A stretch of 45,900 bases of DNA from a virus. Below, piece by piece: positions 9,469-17,750 of this stretch; the stretch's first letter is position 1, and every line of letters starts with the position of its first letter. The notes below the pieces were generated by a model. It was not told the DNA's origin. It did no database searches and saw only the letters and a program-made list of their open reading frames with translations. Location of the stretch: UHGV virus genome UHGV-1347344; one strand, written 5' to 3'. The position numbers and the translations under genes are program-made.

Positions 9469-10974
9469 TCACTGAATGGCCGTGGCGGGCATGACGATTT
9501 GCTGCACGCTGCCGCCGTCCATGTAGTAGAATTTACATTCGGGGGACTGGCGCTGTCCGCGTACGGTCGCGCCGGGGTCCTTGACCTGCATGTACCAGCC
9601 CTGCGTTTCGAGCGTCTGGGAAACGTCCAGCCCGATTTCCGCGAGGAGCTGCACTTTTTGGGTGTTCGAGATGGTCACGCCCGTGCGGATAGCCCCGAAG
9701 TCGAGAAACCGCGTGATGGTGTCGAGACATGCCGTGCGGATCATGCCGTAGCCGCTCTCGTTGTAGGGGATGCAGTTTACGGCCTTGAACAGATCAAGGA
9801 GGTTAAGCTGGAGGCCGTCTTTGATGGCGATGGCGTCAAGGTAGGTGTCGAGCCAGCCCCATTTGCCGGAAACCTGCCCATTCTGGAAAAACTTGAACTG
9901 GCTGGAGGCCGTGGCGAAGTCCGCATAGCAGTTGTAGCCATTGGCGATCAGCGCATCATAGTTCTCGTCGTTGTCGCAGGTTACGGCAAGCCCTTCGCCT
10001 TGCTTGAAGGCGAATGTGAGCCGTCCGTTCGTCTCTTCAAAATTGATTGAGGCCGCCGTGCCCATGACCCACGCGGCGAGCTCAGGCGTGTTGAACACGG
10101 GAACCGTCCCGTCAAGTTCGAGCACCTTGGCGATCTGATACCCCGCCGAGGCCGTGGAACCCGCGACCTGCGCGGCGTTGTCGGTATCCCACATCACATA
10201 GGCGAAACGGGTATCATATCCGGCGCACCATTGTGCGAGCGCGATCTTGTCGTCAAGCTCTGGCTCCCATACCGTGGAGAACGTCACCCAATCGCGGGCG
10301 TACAGGAGCACGTTGGTCATGCAGTCGGGGAGCGTCTGGCCAGCCATGCCTACGGACTGGACGGCACCGGACTGTTCGGTGAGCAGAAGCAGTGCGCCGA
10401 GGTCGGTCCCGGCTTCCGGCGGTGTCGGAAAGGCCACGGCGGAAGTTGCCCCGGTCGTCGGGCTATCGATCTGGAACGCCCCGGTCTGGCTGGAGTACGT
10501 CACCTTCGCCCCAGTCGCGCCCGCCGTCGTGAGCGCGGTCTGGATCGCCTCCGCAACCTGCGAGAAGCTGGTCGCAGCGGACAAATCCACGGAGGAAAGC
10601 GTGTGCGGCGTGTTGTCGATGGAAATGACCATCGCGCCGTTGGTGACGGCCTGCAACACGGCGAGATTGCCCGTATACTTCGCGCCGCGCAGCCATGCGC
10701 CCACGGACTCGCCGTTGTACCGGGCAAAGAAAATCTTGTCCGGGAGGCTCGTCGTATTCACGTAGCCGGAGAAGTACATGGAAGCCATAGTTGCCTCCTC
10801 CGAAAGCGAGCCGAAATAATTCGTCACGGCCTGCGCGCTTGCGAACTGCACGACACGACCTGCGGGCAAAAGCTCGGACTGCGAAAGGATGAGCCCGGCG
10901 AAGGTCAGGCCCGGCGTGCCGCCCTCGATGATGCGGGGGATGATTTGAACCAGTTTGTCGGCATTGACGCTCAT
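9469..10974 (-). CDS. tail sheath protein
   Basis: 501 aa, upstream of the tube gene; size and position typical of Mu/PBSX-type sheath. Confidence 0.85.
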   Translation of the reverse strand: MSVNADKLVQIIPRIIEGGTPGLTFAGLILSQSELLPAGRVVQFASAQAVTNYFGSLSEEATMASMYFSGYVNTTSLPDKIFFARYNGESVGAWLRGAKYTGNLAVLQAVTNGAMVISIDNTPHTLSSVDLSAATSFSQVAEAIQTALTTAGATGAKVTYSSQTGAFQIDSPTTGATSAVAFPTPPEAGTDLGALLLLTEQSGAVQSVGMAGQTLPDCMTNVLLYARDWVTFSTVWEPELDDKIALAQWCAGYDTRFAYVMWDTDNAAQVAGSTASAGYQIAKVLELDGTVPVFNTPELAAWVMGTAASINFEETNGRLTFAFKQGEGLAVTCDNDENYDALIANGYNCYADFATASSQFKFFQNGQVSGKWGWLDTYLDAIAIKDGLQLNLLDLFKAVNCIPYNESGYGMIRTACLDTITRFLDFGAIRTGVTISNTQKVQLLAEIGLDVSQTLETQGWYMQVKDPGATVRGQRQSPECKFYYMDGGSVQQIVMPATAIQ

Positions 10975-10992
10975 TGCGCCCTCCTGTGTTTG

Positions 10993-11478
10993 CTATGCCA
11001 GCGGATGCACGGAAAGTTCCGCGTCGGTAAAAGTATCCATCTCAACGTGTTCAACGCGGTTCGCTTGGATCAGTACATTGAGCATAAAGCGGGGGTTGTA
11101 CTGTTCGTCCCCTTCCACCTGTGTCATGTCCTGCGGGTCTTCGACGTACAGGGGGGCAATCCCGTACGTTTGCAGGAAGCGGCACCCGACGCCGTCGCGC
11201 AGGAGCGTTGCGAGCGTCTGGGCACGGTCGGCGGCGGTCGGGCCGTAGACGTCAAGCTGGACACGGCGGCGCTGCGGCTGCACGATGGCCTCTCCGCCGC
11301 ACTCGGTCTGGTGCAGGTTCATCGAGAGGCGCGTCATGCTCATCGGGGTGACGAGCACGTAGTTTTTCGCCTTCGGCTTGCTCACGCGGTTGACGTAGCC
11401 GCGAACAACAACGGCGGAATCGCCGAGGTAACGCTTACAAAAATCGCCGAGGGCCTGCACGAGGATGCCGTCACTCAT
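10993..11478 (-). CDS. tail completion / neck protein (DUF1834-like, by position)
   Basis: 161 aa, immediately upstream of the sheath gene. Confidence 0.45.
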   Translation of the reverse strand: MSDGILVQALGDFCKRYLGDSAVVVRGYVNRVSKPKAKNYVLVTPMSMTRLSMNLHQTECGGEAIVQPQRRRVQLDVYGPTAADRAQTLATLLRDGVGCRFLQTYGIAPLYVEDPQDMTQVEGDEQYNPRFMLNVLIQANRVEHVEMDTFTDAELSVHPLA

Positions 11479-11902
11479 CGTCTCCCCCTTTGGGCGGTTC
11501 CGTGGCCCCGACTTCCGGCGGCGCGGTTTCCCGGAGCTTCACGCACCGGATTTTCGTCCATCCCGCCGTGGGATTCCAGCGCTCCAGAACTTGATCTACC
11601 TGCCACTCGGCGCCATCCCAGTAGAGAAGATCGCCGCCCTGCTCCGCCGGACGATCAAGGGCCGACCAGTCCCCTGAAAGATAAAAGTCGTGCCAGATCG
11701 TGTTCTGGCGCTGCTGCACGAGAAATTGCAGCGTCTTGTCGGAGACAGGCTGCGGCTGCGCCATGACTTCAACGGCAGGGGCCCATGCCGGGACCTGCTC
11801 ATACTGCGCGTTTACGGTGAAGCCTGTGGAGACGAGAATCACGACCGACTGAAAAGGGTTCACGATGCCGATAAGCGGACGCACAAGTTCATGGAGATTC
11901 AT
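11471..11902 (-). CDS. head-tail joining protein
   Basis: 143 aa within the connector gene block; coupled overlaps. Confidence 0.45.
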   Translation of the reverse strand: MNLHELVRPLIGIVNPFQSVVILVSTGFTVNAQYEQVPAWAPAVEVMAQPQPVSDKTLQFLVQQRQNTIWHDFYLSGDWSALDRPAEQGGDLLYWDGAEWQVDQVLERWNPTAGWTKIRCVKLRETAPPEVGATEPPKGGDDE

Positions 11903-12462
11903 CTTTTGACTACCTCGTAATCGATGGACTTGAGCAGGCTTCCGGAATCGATGAGCGTCCCCTTTCCCGCGCCCTTGGCGTTCTTGCGGCGCTTGGTGGA
12001 TTCGGCGTTGTCCGGGGGCATATTGCTCTTGATCGTTGCCTGAATGTCGTCTGCCATGCGGCGTCCCACAAGCCGCATCGCCTCTTTCGGCGTCCGTCCG
12101 GCTTCCAATGCTTCCGCGAGGTTATCGCACCATGCGTCTGCCTTGGCATCGAGCGTCGAGCGCAGGAAAGGCCGGGAGGGGATGGTGACGGTGTGGGATT
12201 TGACCGACGCATCCTGCGCAAAATCACTTTTGCCCTTCTTCACGAACCGATTCCCGACGCTGCCGTCACGCTTCCGCTTGAAGTACAAGGTTTGCGTCCG
12301 CTCAGGGATTTCGATTGTTGCGCCGTATTCGTTGTACGCCGCATACTCTGCGACGGGAGTACCACCTTCGCCCCGCGTCGCATTTTCGAGCACCCCGGCC
12401 TTCACGACGATATCGGGGGTAATGTACCGCTTGAGCAGCTTTTCGAGTTCTCCGGACACCAT
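11899..12462 (-). CDS. virion morphogenesis protein (HK97 gp10 / Mu G-like), start refined
   Basis: The internal ATG at 12462 overlaps the upstream stop. Product MVSGELEKLLKRYITPDIVVKAGVLENATRGEGGTPVAEYAAYNEYGAT...IPSRPFLRSTLD matches the gp10-type family pattern. Confidence 0.6.
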   Translation of the reverse strand: MVSGELEKLLKRYITPDIVVKAGVLENATRGEGGTPVAEYAAYNEYGATIEIPERTQTLYFKRKRDGSVGNRFVKKGKSDFAQDASVKSHTVTIPSRPFLRSTLDAKADAWCDNLAEALEAGRTPKEAMRLVGRRMADDIQATIKSNMPPDNAESTKRRKNAKGAGKGTLIDSGSLLKSIDYEVVKR

Positions 12463-12893
12463 TACCCCCACGGATGCCAATACCGGGCGGCATAGTAGCG
12501 ACCGCCCACGGCATAGGGCTGGATGGCCTGCCAAAACGTCTGTCCGCACGGCGTCTGCGCGTAAAAGGCTTTCCCGGTGTTCTGGGGCACGGAGAAGCTG
12601 ATGCTGACAGTTCCTTCCGTCGCCGAGGCCACTGGCCCGGCCTGTCCCACTGGCCACAAGGCCAGCGTCGCCAAGTGGCAGACGAGGAGGTACAGGAGCG
12701 TCTTGCGGATCATGACGCCGTGAGCCGGATCATAAGGAACCGGGGATGAGTTTGTGTTGTCCAAGAGCAGACAGGCGACGTCGAACGCCTGCCGAAGCTG
12801 TGCATCGATCAAGAGAGGCTGCCCGATCTTCAGATCGACGAAGCGCGGATAGGCCTCCCGGAACTCCTGCGGGTCAAAGACAACAACAGCCAC
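12462..12893 (-). CDS. head-tail connector protein (DUF4054-like)
   Basis: 143 aa, MAVVVFDPQEFREAYPRFVDL...; typical position upstream of the gp10-like gene. Confidence 0.5.
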   Translation of the reverse strand: MAVVVFDPQEFREAYPRFVDLKIGQPLLIDAQLRQAFDVACLLLDNTNSSPVPYDPAHGVMIRKTLLYLLVCHLATLALWPVGQAGPVASATEGTVSISFSVPQNTGKAFYAQTPCGQTFWQAIQPYAVGGRYYAARYWHPWG

Positions 12894-12896
12894 GGG

Positions 12897-13310
12897 TTAG
12901 AACCCCGCCTTGCTCTGGAGCGGTTCGGTCTGCGCCTTGGGGTCGTTCTCCACATCCACGGGCTCCAGCCCGTTGCGCAGTTCCGCCCTTTCGTCGGCCT
13001 CGTCCACGGCGTCGGCCTTGCGCGCCTGCGCGAAGATAAGCCCGGACTTGAAGATTTCCATGTGCGGGCCATAGGTCTTTTCAATGTATGCCCAATCGTC
13101 GGCGTTCACCCGCGTCAGCCCGAACGCGCCCACGGGCAGCACGCCCTTTTCCTTTCCGCGCAGGCTGGCGGCGTTGCCTTCGATGAGCACTTTGCGTCCG
13201 TCGGGCATGGGGAACGTGATCCCGGTCGTCCGGTTCAGGGCGACCATTACGGTATCCATCTTCGTCGCCTGCGTTGTTTCCGGGGCGGTATTCTTTTTGG
13301 GTCTGGCCAT
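12897..13310 (-). CDS. hypothetical phage structural protein; first gene of the tail operon, start refined
   Basis: ATG at 13310 is preceded by GGAGGG. The late-promoter element at 13366..13383 and a -10-like CATGAT make the upstream in-frame ATGs at 13343 part of the promoter. Confidence 0.45.
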   Translation of the reverse strand: MARPKKNTAPETTQATKMDTVMVALNRTTGITFPMPDGRKVLIEGNAASLRGKEKGVLPVGAFGLTRVNADDWAYIEKTYGPHMEIFKSGLIFAQARKADAVDEADERAELRNGLEPVDVENDPKAQTEPLQSKAGF

Positions 13311-13365
13311 ATCTCTGTATCCCTCCGTTGTTTTGGTCATCATGGCAAAAGAGCCGGGACGAAAT

Positions 13366-13383
13366 CACCGTGAACAAAGTTCG
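13366..13383 (-). promoter_or_regulatory. late-promoter element copy 1 (CGAACTTTGTTCACGGTG on transcribed strand), tail operon
   Basis: 18-bp motif; CATGAT 21 nt downstream; then GGAGGG and the ATG at 13310. Confidence 0.55.
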
Positions 13384-13384
13384 G

Positions 13385-14173
13385 CTATGCGGCACGGCGA
13401 AGGCGGTACTTGCCCAGCATGTTCAGGTCGTTTTTCAGGGCCAGCCGGAAGGCTTCGATCACGTCGACGTGGTACGCCTTCACGCTCCCGAAACGGCTGT
13501 CCTCGATTTCCCGGATTTCGTAATCCATACGGCGGGACATATCGGAAAGCTTGCGTCCCGCGACGGAGTACGCGGCTGGCGTATCTGCGAAGACGTCAAG
13601 GAACCACGGGATGCCCTTCACGGACTTGTAGTCCCTGCCCCGCCCAAGTTCGTTCTCAAGAGCCGCAGCCTTGCGTACGGCTGCGGAGGCGGTTGCCATT
13701 GCGGTGGCCTCGCGGCGTGAACCAATTTCGGCCTTGGTGCGGATTGCCTCGTCGCGCTCGGCTTCGATGCGCCTGATGGTGTCCTGCGCGACCAGCACGG
13801 CGCGGGCAAGGATGGCTTCGGGGGTATCGTCCGGCTTGGCTATCAGGTAGCCGCCCGTCTTGCGGATGGATGGGATGACCTCATGCGTCACCCACCGCTT
13901 GAACGCCTTGGCTTCGGGCTTGCGGGAACGCAGGATGAGGGAATACAGGCCCGGTTCGGAAATAATTGTCATTTCCTGCTTTCCACCGGGGGTGTCCATA
14001 CTATGGACGCCCTTTTCATCCTCATCCAGAAGTGCAAGGCTTGAACGAGGGTTGCCCATTTCAAGAATATCGCACACGTCTTTCGCCACGAACCATGGTT
14101 GCACCTTGCGCTCAACAACGCGAAGGGAACCGAACTTTTCATGCTCGAAAAGAGCCAAGGGGGAATTTTCCAT
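13385..14173 (-). CDS. phage antirepressor (BRO-N N-terminal domain plus KilAC-like C-terminal domain)
   Basis: Start at 14173 (MENSPLALFEHEKFGSLRVVERKVQPWFVAKDVCDILEM...) is preceded by GGAGGTG. The N-terminus follows the BRO-N pattern. The gene has its own upstream copy of the late-promoter element. Confidence 0.7.
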   Translation of the reverse strand: MENSPLALFEHEKFGSLRVVERKVQPWFVAKDVCDILEMGNPRSSLALLDEDEKGVHSMDTPGGKQEMTIISEPGLYSLILRSRKPEAKAFKRWVTHEVIPSIRKTGGYLIAKPDDTPEAILARAVLVAQDTIRRIEAERDEAIRTKAEIGSRREATAMATASAAVRKAAALENELGRGRDYKSVKGIPWFLDVFADTPAAYSVAGRKLSDMSRRMDYEIREIEDSRFGSVKAYHVDVIEAFRLALKNDLNMLGKYRLRRAA

Positions 14174-14226
14174 CGCTGCACCTCCATAGTGTTTTGGAGA
14201 TGATGCAGCATGGCGGCGTGGGGGCA

Positions 14227-14244
14227 CACCGTGAACAAGGTTCG
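14227..14244 (-). promoter_or_regulatory. late-promoter element copy 2, upstream of antirepressor
   Basis: CGAACCTTGTTCACGGTG; CATCAT 21 nt downstream; then GGAGGTG and the ATG at 14173. Confidence 0.55.
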
Positions 14245-14347
14245 TACAGGCAAAAGAAAAGCCCCTTTCGGGGCGGAGGGCGGCGGCGGTGGATTTTTGG
14301 AACGGCCTATGCCATGATAGCCTCATCTATAATAAGGGGGATGATGT

Positions 14348-14947
14348 ATGGCTACCTACATCAAGTTTCTGGCAGGGGACTACGGGAAAGAAGAATATAT
14401 TTACATTAAGAATAAAAACAAGTTGCGTTGCTCTTCAAAAATGTTTGGAGCAAAGGAACTTTTTCTTTCCAGTATTGCCTCTTGCGAAGTAGCCAATGAA
14501 GAATCGGTCAAAAAGCTCGGCGGAACTTTGGGAGGCGCACTTGTCGGCGGCGTCTTGCTTGGAGGCATCGGAGCGGTTGCGGGTGCGGTAGCTGGAGGCA
14601 AGACGACTGAGTCTACCGTCATTATTGAGTTCAAAAATGGAAATAAGGCATTGGCAAAGGTGAATAGCCCCATGATGGAGGTTATCCGCGCACACCTTTT
14701 TGATGACCAATTGGCCCAAGAGCGTGGAGAACCAAACCCGCTTATACATCATGAACGTTCTCAGACGCCCCCTAAAAAAATTGCCCTTATCATTGGAGTG
14801 CTGATAACAGTAGTGCTAGCCGTATTGTGGCTGAGTTGTGCCCTCCAAACGCCGCCCAATACGAATGGGGCCTTGTTATGGGGAATCCTCACTATCCTTT
14901 CCGGACTGTATTCTTGGAAAACCTATAAGAAAATATATAAATCTTAA
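14348..14947 (+). CDS. glycine-zipper membrane protein (hypothetical)
   Basis: 199 aa with GGTLGGALVGGVLLGGIGAVAGAVAGG (GxxxG zipper) and two C-terminal TM helices. AT-rich codon usage. RBS AAGGGGGA. Confidence 0.5.
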   Translation: MATYIKFLAGDYGKEEYIYIKNKNKLRCSSKMFGAKELFLSSIASCEVANEESVKKLGGTLGGALVGGVLLGGIGAVAGAVAGGKTTESTVIIEFKNGNKALAKVNSPMMEVIRAHLFDDQLAQERGEPNPLIHHERSQTPPKKIALIIGVLITVVLAVLWLSCALQTPPNTNGALLWGILTILSGLYSWKTYKKIYKS

Positions 14948-14982
14948 TATATTAACTTGAATCCGAACAGGGAGAGAGGACC

Positions 14983-15363
14983 ATGGATTTTTCGGAAAGA
15001 ATTGCTGAATTGTCGAAAGTAGAGATAGAGTCCGAAGATACCCCACAAGGAAAAGAGCTGGATTCGCGTATAGTCACCACCGAGGAAGAAAAAGAGGCGT
15101 ATTACCTTGTCAAATCGCTTCTGGTGGGCACCGTTGATCCGGCCCGCGTAGCCATGCGGGACAGCATCAGCTACTGCTCCATCCTTCTTGACGACAACAG
15201 GCTCAAGCCTCTGTGCCGCCTGTATTTCAACGGAAAACAGTGGAGGGTCGGACTGTTTGATGGGGAGAATAAAGACGCAAAGGAAGACATCGAAAAACTG
15301 GAAGATATTATCCCCTTTGCGGATCGAATCCGGGCTACGGCCTTGAAATACGATAACAAGTAA
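14983..15363 (+). CDS. hypothetical acidic cytoplasmic protein
   Basis: 126 aa with RBS GGAGAGAGGA; part of the AT-rich cargo island. Confidence 0.5.
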   Translation: MDFSERIAELSKVEIESEDTPQGKELDSRIVTTEEEKEAYYLVKSLLVGTVDPARVAMRDSISYCSILLDDNRLKPLCRLYFNGKQWRVGLFDGENKDAKEDIEKLEDIIPFADRIRATALKYDNK

Positions 15364-15714
15364 AACTTTCCAACGTGGCGTTGCCCGCCAATGATGAAGA
15401 ACATCCAGATGCGGGCAATGCCACTGCTTTTCTCTTTACATTTTCCGAGTTTTGTGCTGTCTTTTGTGCACGGGCTTCAGAACCCCGTAGGCGGACAAAC
15501 GCCACCCGATAGCATGGCGCTTTTTTATGCCCTTTTTCCAAAGTCAAGAGTTTTTCTTGGCTGTCTTTTGGGCTATTATTGCATCCAATGTTTGCCGGGT
15601 GTGGCGGATATGTCCAAGCGAAAGCTAAAGGCCGCCAGCGGTTCCTACGCCGTTCTGAACACCCGGCGCTTTCTATTTCAGAGAGTGCAATTCAGACAAC
15701 GTAGGAGTTGCATT

Positions 15715-16386
15715 ATGGAAATGGCCCTAATCTTCAACGAATTTATCTTCACGCCTGTCACTCACCAAAACAGTCTCTGGATTCGTTCTTCTGAATTGGC
15801 TAAAGCACTTGGCTATTCCGACGACCGCAAGGTTGGTGTGCTCTATGCCCGACATAAGGATGAATTCTCCAATAATATGAGCGTGGTTCTCAATTTGAGT
15901 ACCACGGATGTACCCGCTATGAATCGCATCTTTTCCCTTCGGGGCTGCCATTTGGTTGCGATGCTAGCGCGTACTCCTATTGCCAAGGCGTTCCGCCGTT
16001 GGGTGCTGGATGTGATTGAACAGTACGGCGACAGGGTGCCCGTTGCCGAACCCGTGACGCTCAACGACGAGCTGATCAGTGCGGCGGAACGTGCCGAGCT
16101 CAAGCTCATCGTAGACGCCAAGCTCTCGACATACCCCGCAGCCGTGCAGGGCAAGGCCCGCGCCGAGATATGGGCGAAGCACAACCGCCACTTCCGCATC
16201 GCGGAATACAGTCAGCTCCCGGCCAGGCTTATGCCCGAGGCCCGCGAGTTCCTGCTTTCCGTCCGCGTCCGCGCCATCAATGCCATACCCACGGCGGAAT
16301 CCGCGATTCCGTACCCTGCGCTTCCCGTCGCATCGTCACTATACCGCGACCGCGTGAGGGAGCTTGAACGGCTCGAACAGGATTAG
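15715..16386 (+). CDS. BRO-N domain protein (antirepressor-like), start refined
   Basis: ATG at 15715 follows AGGAG. Product MEMALIFNEFIFTPVTHQNSLWIRSSELAKALGYSDD... matches BRO-N. The upstream part of the 331-aa track ORF is non-coding-looking. Confidence 0.6.
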   Translation: MEMALIFNEFIFTPVTHQNSLWIRSSELAKALGYSDDRKVGVLYARHKDEFSNNMSVVLNLSTTDVPAMNRIFSLRGCHLVAMLARTPIAKAFRRWVLDVIEQYGDRVPVAEPVTLNDELISAAERAELKLIVDAKLSTYPAAVQGKARAEIWAKHNRHFRIAEYSQLPARLMPEAREFLLSVRVRAINAIPTAESAIPYPALPVASSLYRDRVRELERLEQD

Positions 16387-16635
16387 ATGGAACTTGCAGT
16401 CCTGATCCGCGACCGCGCTTATGGACTGGAACGAGACTTCCGCCGAGTGACGCAAGGAACGTATCCCGAACTGCTCCGGCATGTATCGCCATCCGGGAAG
16501 ACGCCCGTTGACGCGCTTATCCAGCTCATGACAGCCCCAACCTACACCGCCCGGCAAAACCTCGAATCCGCGCTTGATGATATACGTCTTGCCATCCGTG
16601 CCGCGAAGACGGCAAACAGGTTGATGCTAGGGTAA
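16387..16635 (+). CDS. hypothetical protein
   Basis: 82 aa, abutting the stop of the BRO-N gene. Confidence 0.4.
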   Translation: MELAVLIRDRAYGLERDFRRVTQGTYPELLRHVSPSGKTPVDALIQLMTAPTYTARQNLESALDDIRLAIRAAKTANRLMLG

Positions 16636-16651
16636 TCCTTGGCAAGCCTAC

Positions 16652-17002
16652 ATGAATCATATAAGACTTTACCAACGGAGGGATTCCCCCATGCTGCTGT
16701 TCGATGATGGGAAAAAGCTTGAAAAGGCCGTCGGCGAGGAAGCCGCAAAAGCCATCGTGGAAGTACTGGAACGCTTTGACGAGAGTCAAAGGAACGCCAG
16801 TGCCACCAAGGGAGATCTGCGCGAAACGGAACTGCGGTTGCAAAAAGAAATTCGGGAATTGGACCTGAAAGTGCAAGCGGAGATCGAAAAAATTCGTGCT
16901 GAAGTGTTGAAGGTCAAGTATGATCTTTTGAAATGGCAAATCGCCATAGGGTTTGCCCTTGTCGCAGTTATGGCCAAGGGCTTCGGCTGGCTCGGATTCT
17001 AA
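16652..17002 (+). CDS. coiled-coil protein with C-terminal TM helix (XhlA / DUF1640-like)
   Basis: 116 aa; heptad-rich LRETELRLQKEIRELDLKVQAEIEKIRAEVL followed by WQIAIGFALVAVMAKGFGWLGF. Followed by a terminator. Confidence 0.45.
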   Translation: MNHIRLYQRRDSPMLLFDDGKKLEKAVGEEAAKAIVEVLERFDESQRNASATKGDLRETELRLQKEIRELDLKVQAEIEKIRAEVLKVKYDLLKWQIAIGFALVAVMAKGFGWLGF

Positions 17003-17022
17003 TAAAGAAAGAATATCGTAGA

Positions 17023-17060
17023 AAAGGGGTGGCTTTAAGAGCCGCCCCTTTTTGTTTTTC
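17023..17060 (+). terminator. rho-independent terminator
   Basis: aaggggtggct-ttaa-gagccgcccctt stem followed by tttttgttttt. Confidence 0.7.
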
Positions 17061-17102
17061 TGCCTCTCCCTTCTGTTACTGACGAGTTAAAAAAGATAAA
17101 AC

Positions 17103-17147
17103 TTTTTTGAAAAAATTGTTTATTTTTTCAAAAAATGGTGCTATTGT
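17103..17147 (+). promoter_or_regulatory. cassette promoter: 33-bp palindrome (TTTTTTGAAAAAAT-tgttt-ATTTTTTCAAAAAA) plus extended -10 TGcTATTGT
   Basis: Perfect 14-bp inverted arms at 17103..17116 and 17122..17135. TGCTATTGT at 17139..17147. RBS AAAGGAGAG precedes the ATG at 17181. Confidence 0.55.
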
Positions 17148-17180
17148 ATTTTCAACGAAAGGGACAAAAGGAGAGTTCTC

Positions 17181-17537
17181 ATGATAACCATCACCACAGC
17201 CAACAACGAAACAACTCTTGAAAACGACAAGGCTTTCTGTGCATATCGTATCGAAACAGAAATCGATTTTGATGAAGATGGTTATGAAGTGGACGGAGAG
17301 CAATATGTGCTCATCGAAAAGCTTTTTGTTCCCTCAGAAAATCGCGGAAACGGCATTGCCCGCCGCCTTCTTCGTGAAGCCGTCTCTCACGCTCGCGCTA
17401 CTTACCCCAGAATGGCGATTAGGTTGGTAGCTGAACCTCTGGATGCCGATACAGATATGGATCGGCTGGTGGCCTTTTATGAAAGCGAAGGTTTTGATGT
17501 GATCGAAGCTGGCGAAATCGTAGTCATGGAACACTAA
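17181..17537 (+). CDS. small GNAT-family N-acetyltransferase
   Basis: 118 aa with acetyl-CoA binding motif A (LFVPSENRGNGIARRLL). Confidence 0.6.
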   Translation: MITITTANNETTLENDKAFCAYRIETEIDFDEDGYEVDGEQYVLIEKLFVPSENRGNGIARRLLREAVSHARATYPRMAIRLVAEPLDADTDMDRLVAFYESEGFDVIEAGEIVVMEH

Positions 17538-17557
17538 ACAGAACAAAGGAGTAAGAC

Positions 17558-17728
17558 ATGACCCGCTATTCTATCCTGCTCACGACTGGCACAACGGGAA
17601 CCATCGATACCGAACAGCATCTTGAAGAGGGCATGGAAGTAGTCATTACCTTGCACGATGAAAACGGAAACAGAACGCAGGAAACCGGACTCATCGCTGA
17701 AATTCTTGACGAAGAATTTTTAGGGTAA
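17558..17728 (+). CDS. small hypothetical protein (56 aa)
   Basis: Strong RBS AAGGAGTAAGAC before ATG. Product MTRYSILLTTGTTGTIDTEQHLEEGMEVVITLHDENGNRTQETGLIAEILDEEFLG. Below the ORF-track size cutoff. Confidence 0.5.
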   Translation: MTRYSILLTTGTTGTIDTEQHLEEGMEVVITLHDENGNRTQETGLIAEILDEEFLG

Positions 17729-17750
17729 TCGAATTAAAAGGAAAAACACC

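Noticed and set aside
10231-11766. 511-aa plus-strand ORF
   Set aside because: Antisense to the tail sheath and neck genes. Arg/Gly/Ala-rich low-complexity translation typical of shadow ORFs in high-GC DNA. No RBS and no operon logic.
13969-14253. 94-aa minus-strand ORF overlapping the antirepressor start and promoter
   Set aside because: Different frame from the BRO-N gene. It spans the late-promoter element and the -10 hexamer.
14348-14440. Reading the N-terminus of the glycine-zipper protein as a double-glycine bacteriocin leader (…KELFLSSIASCEVANEESVKKLGG)
   Set aside because: Superficial resemblance only. The protein continues for about 150 aa with TM helices. There is no ABC transporter or immunity gene nearby.
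15391-15714. N-terminal 108 codons of the 331-aa ORF upstream of the BRO-N domain
   Set aside because: Hydrophobic, junk-like translation with no RBS. A good RBS plus ATG at 15715 starts exactly at the BRO-N domain; treated as 5' UTR/promoter.
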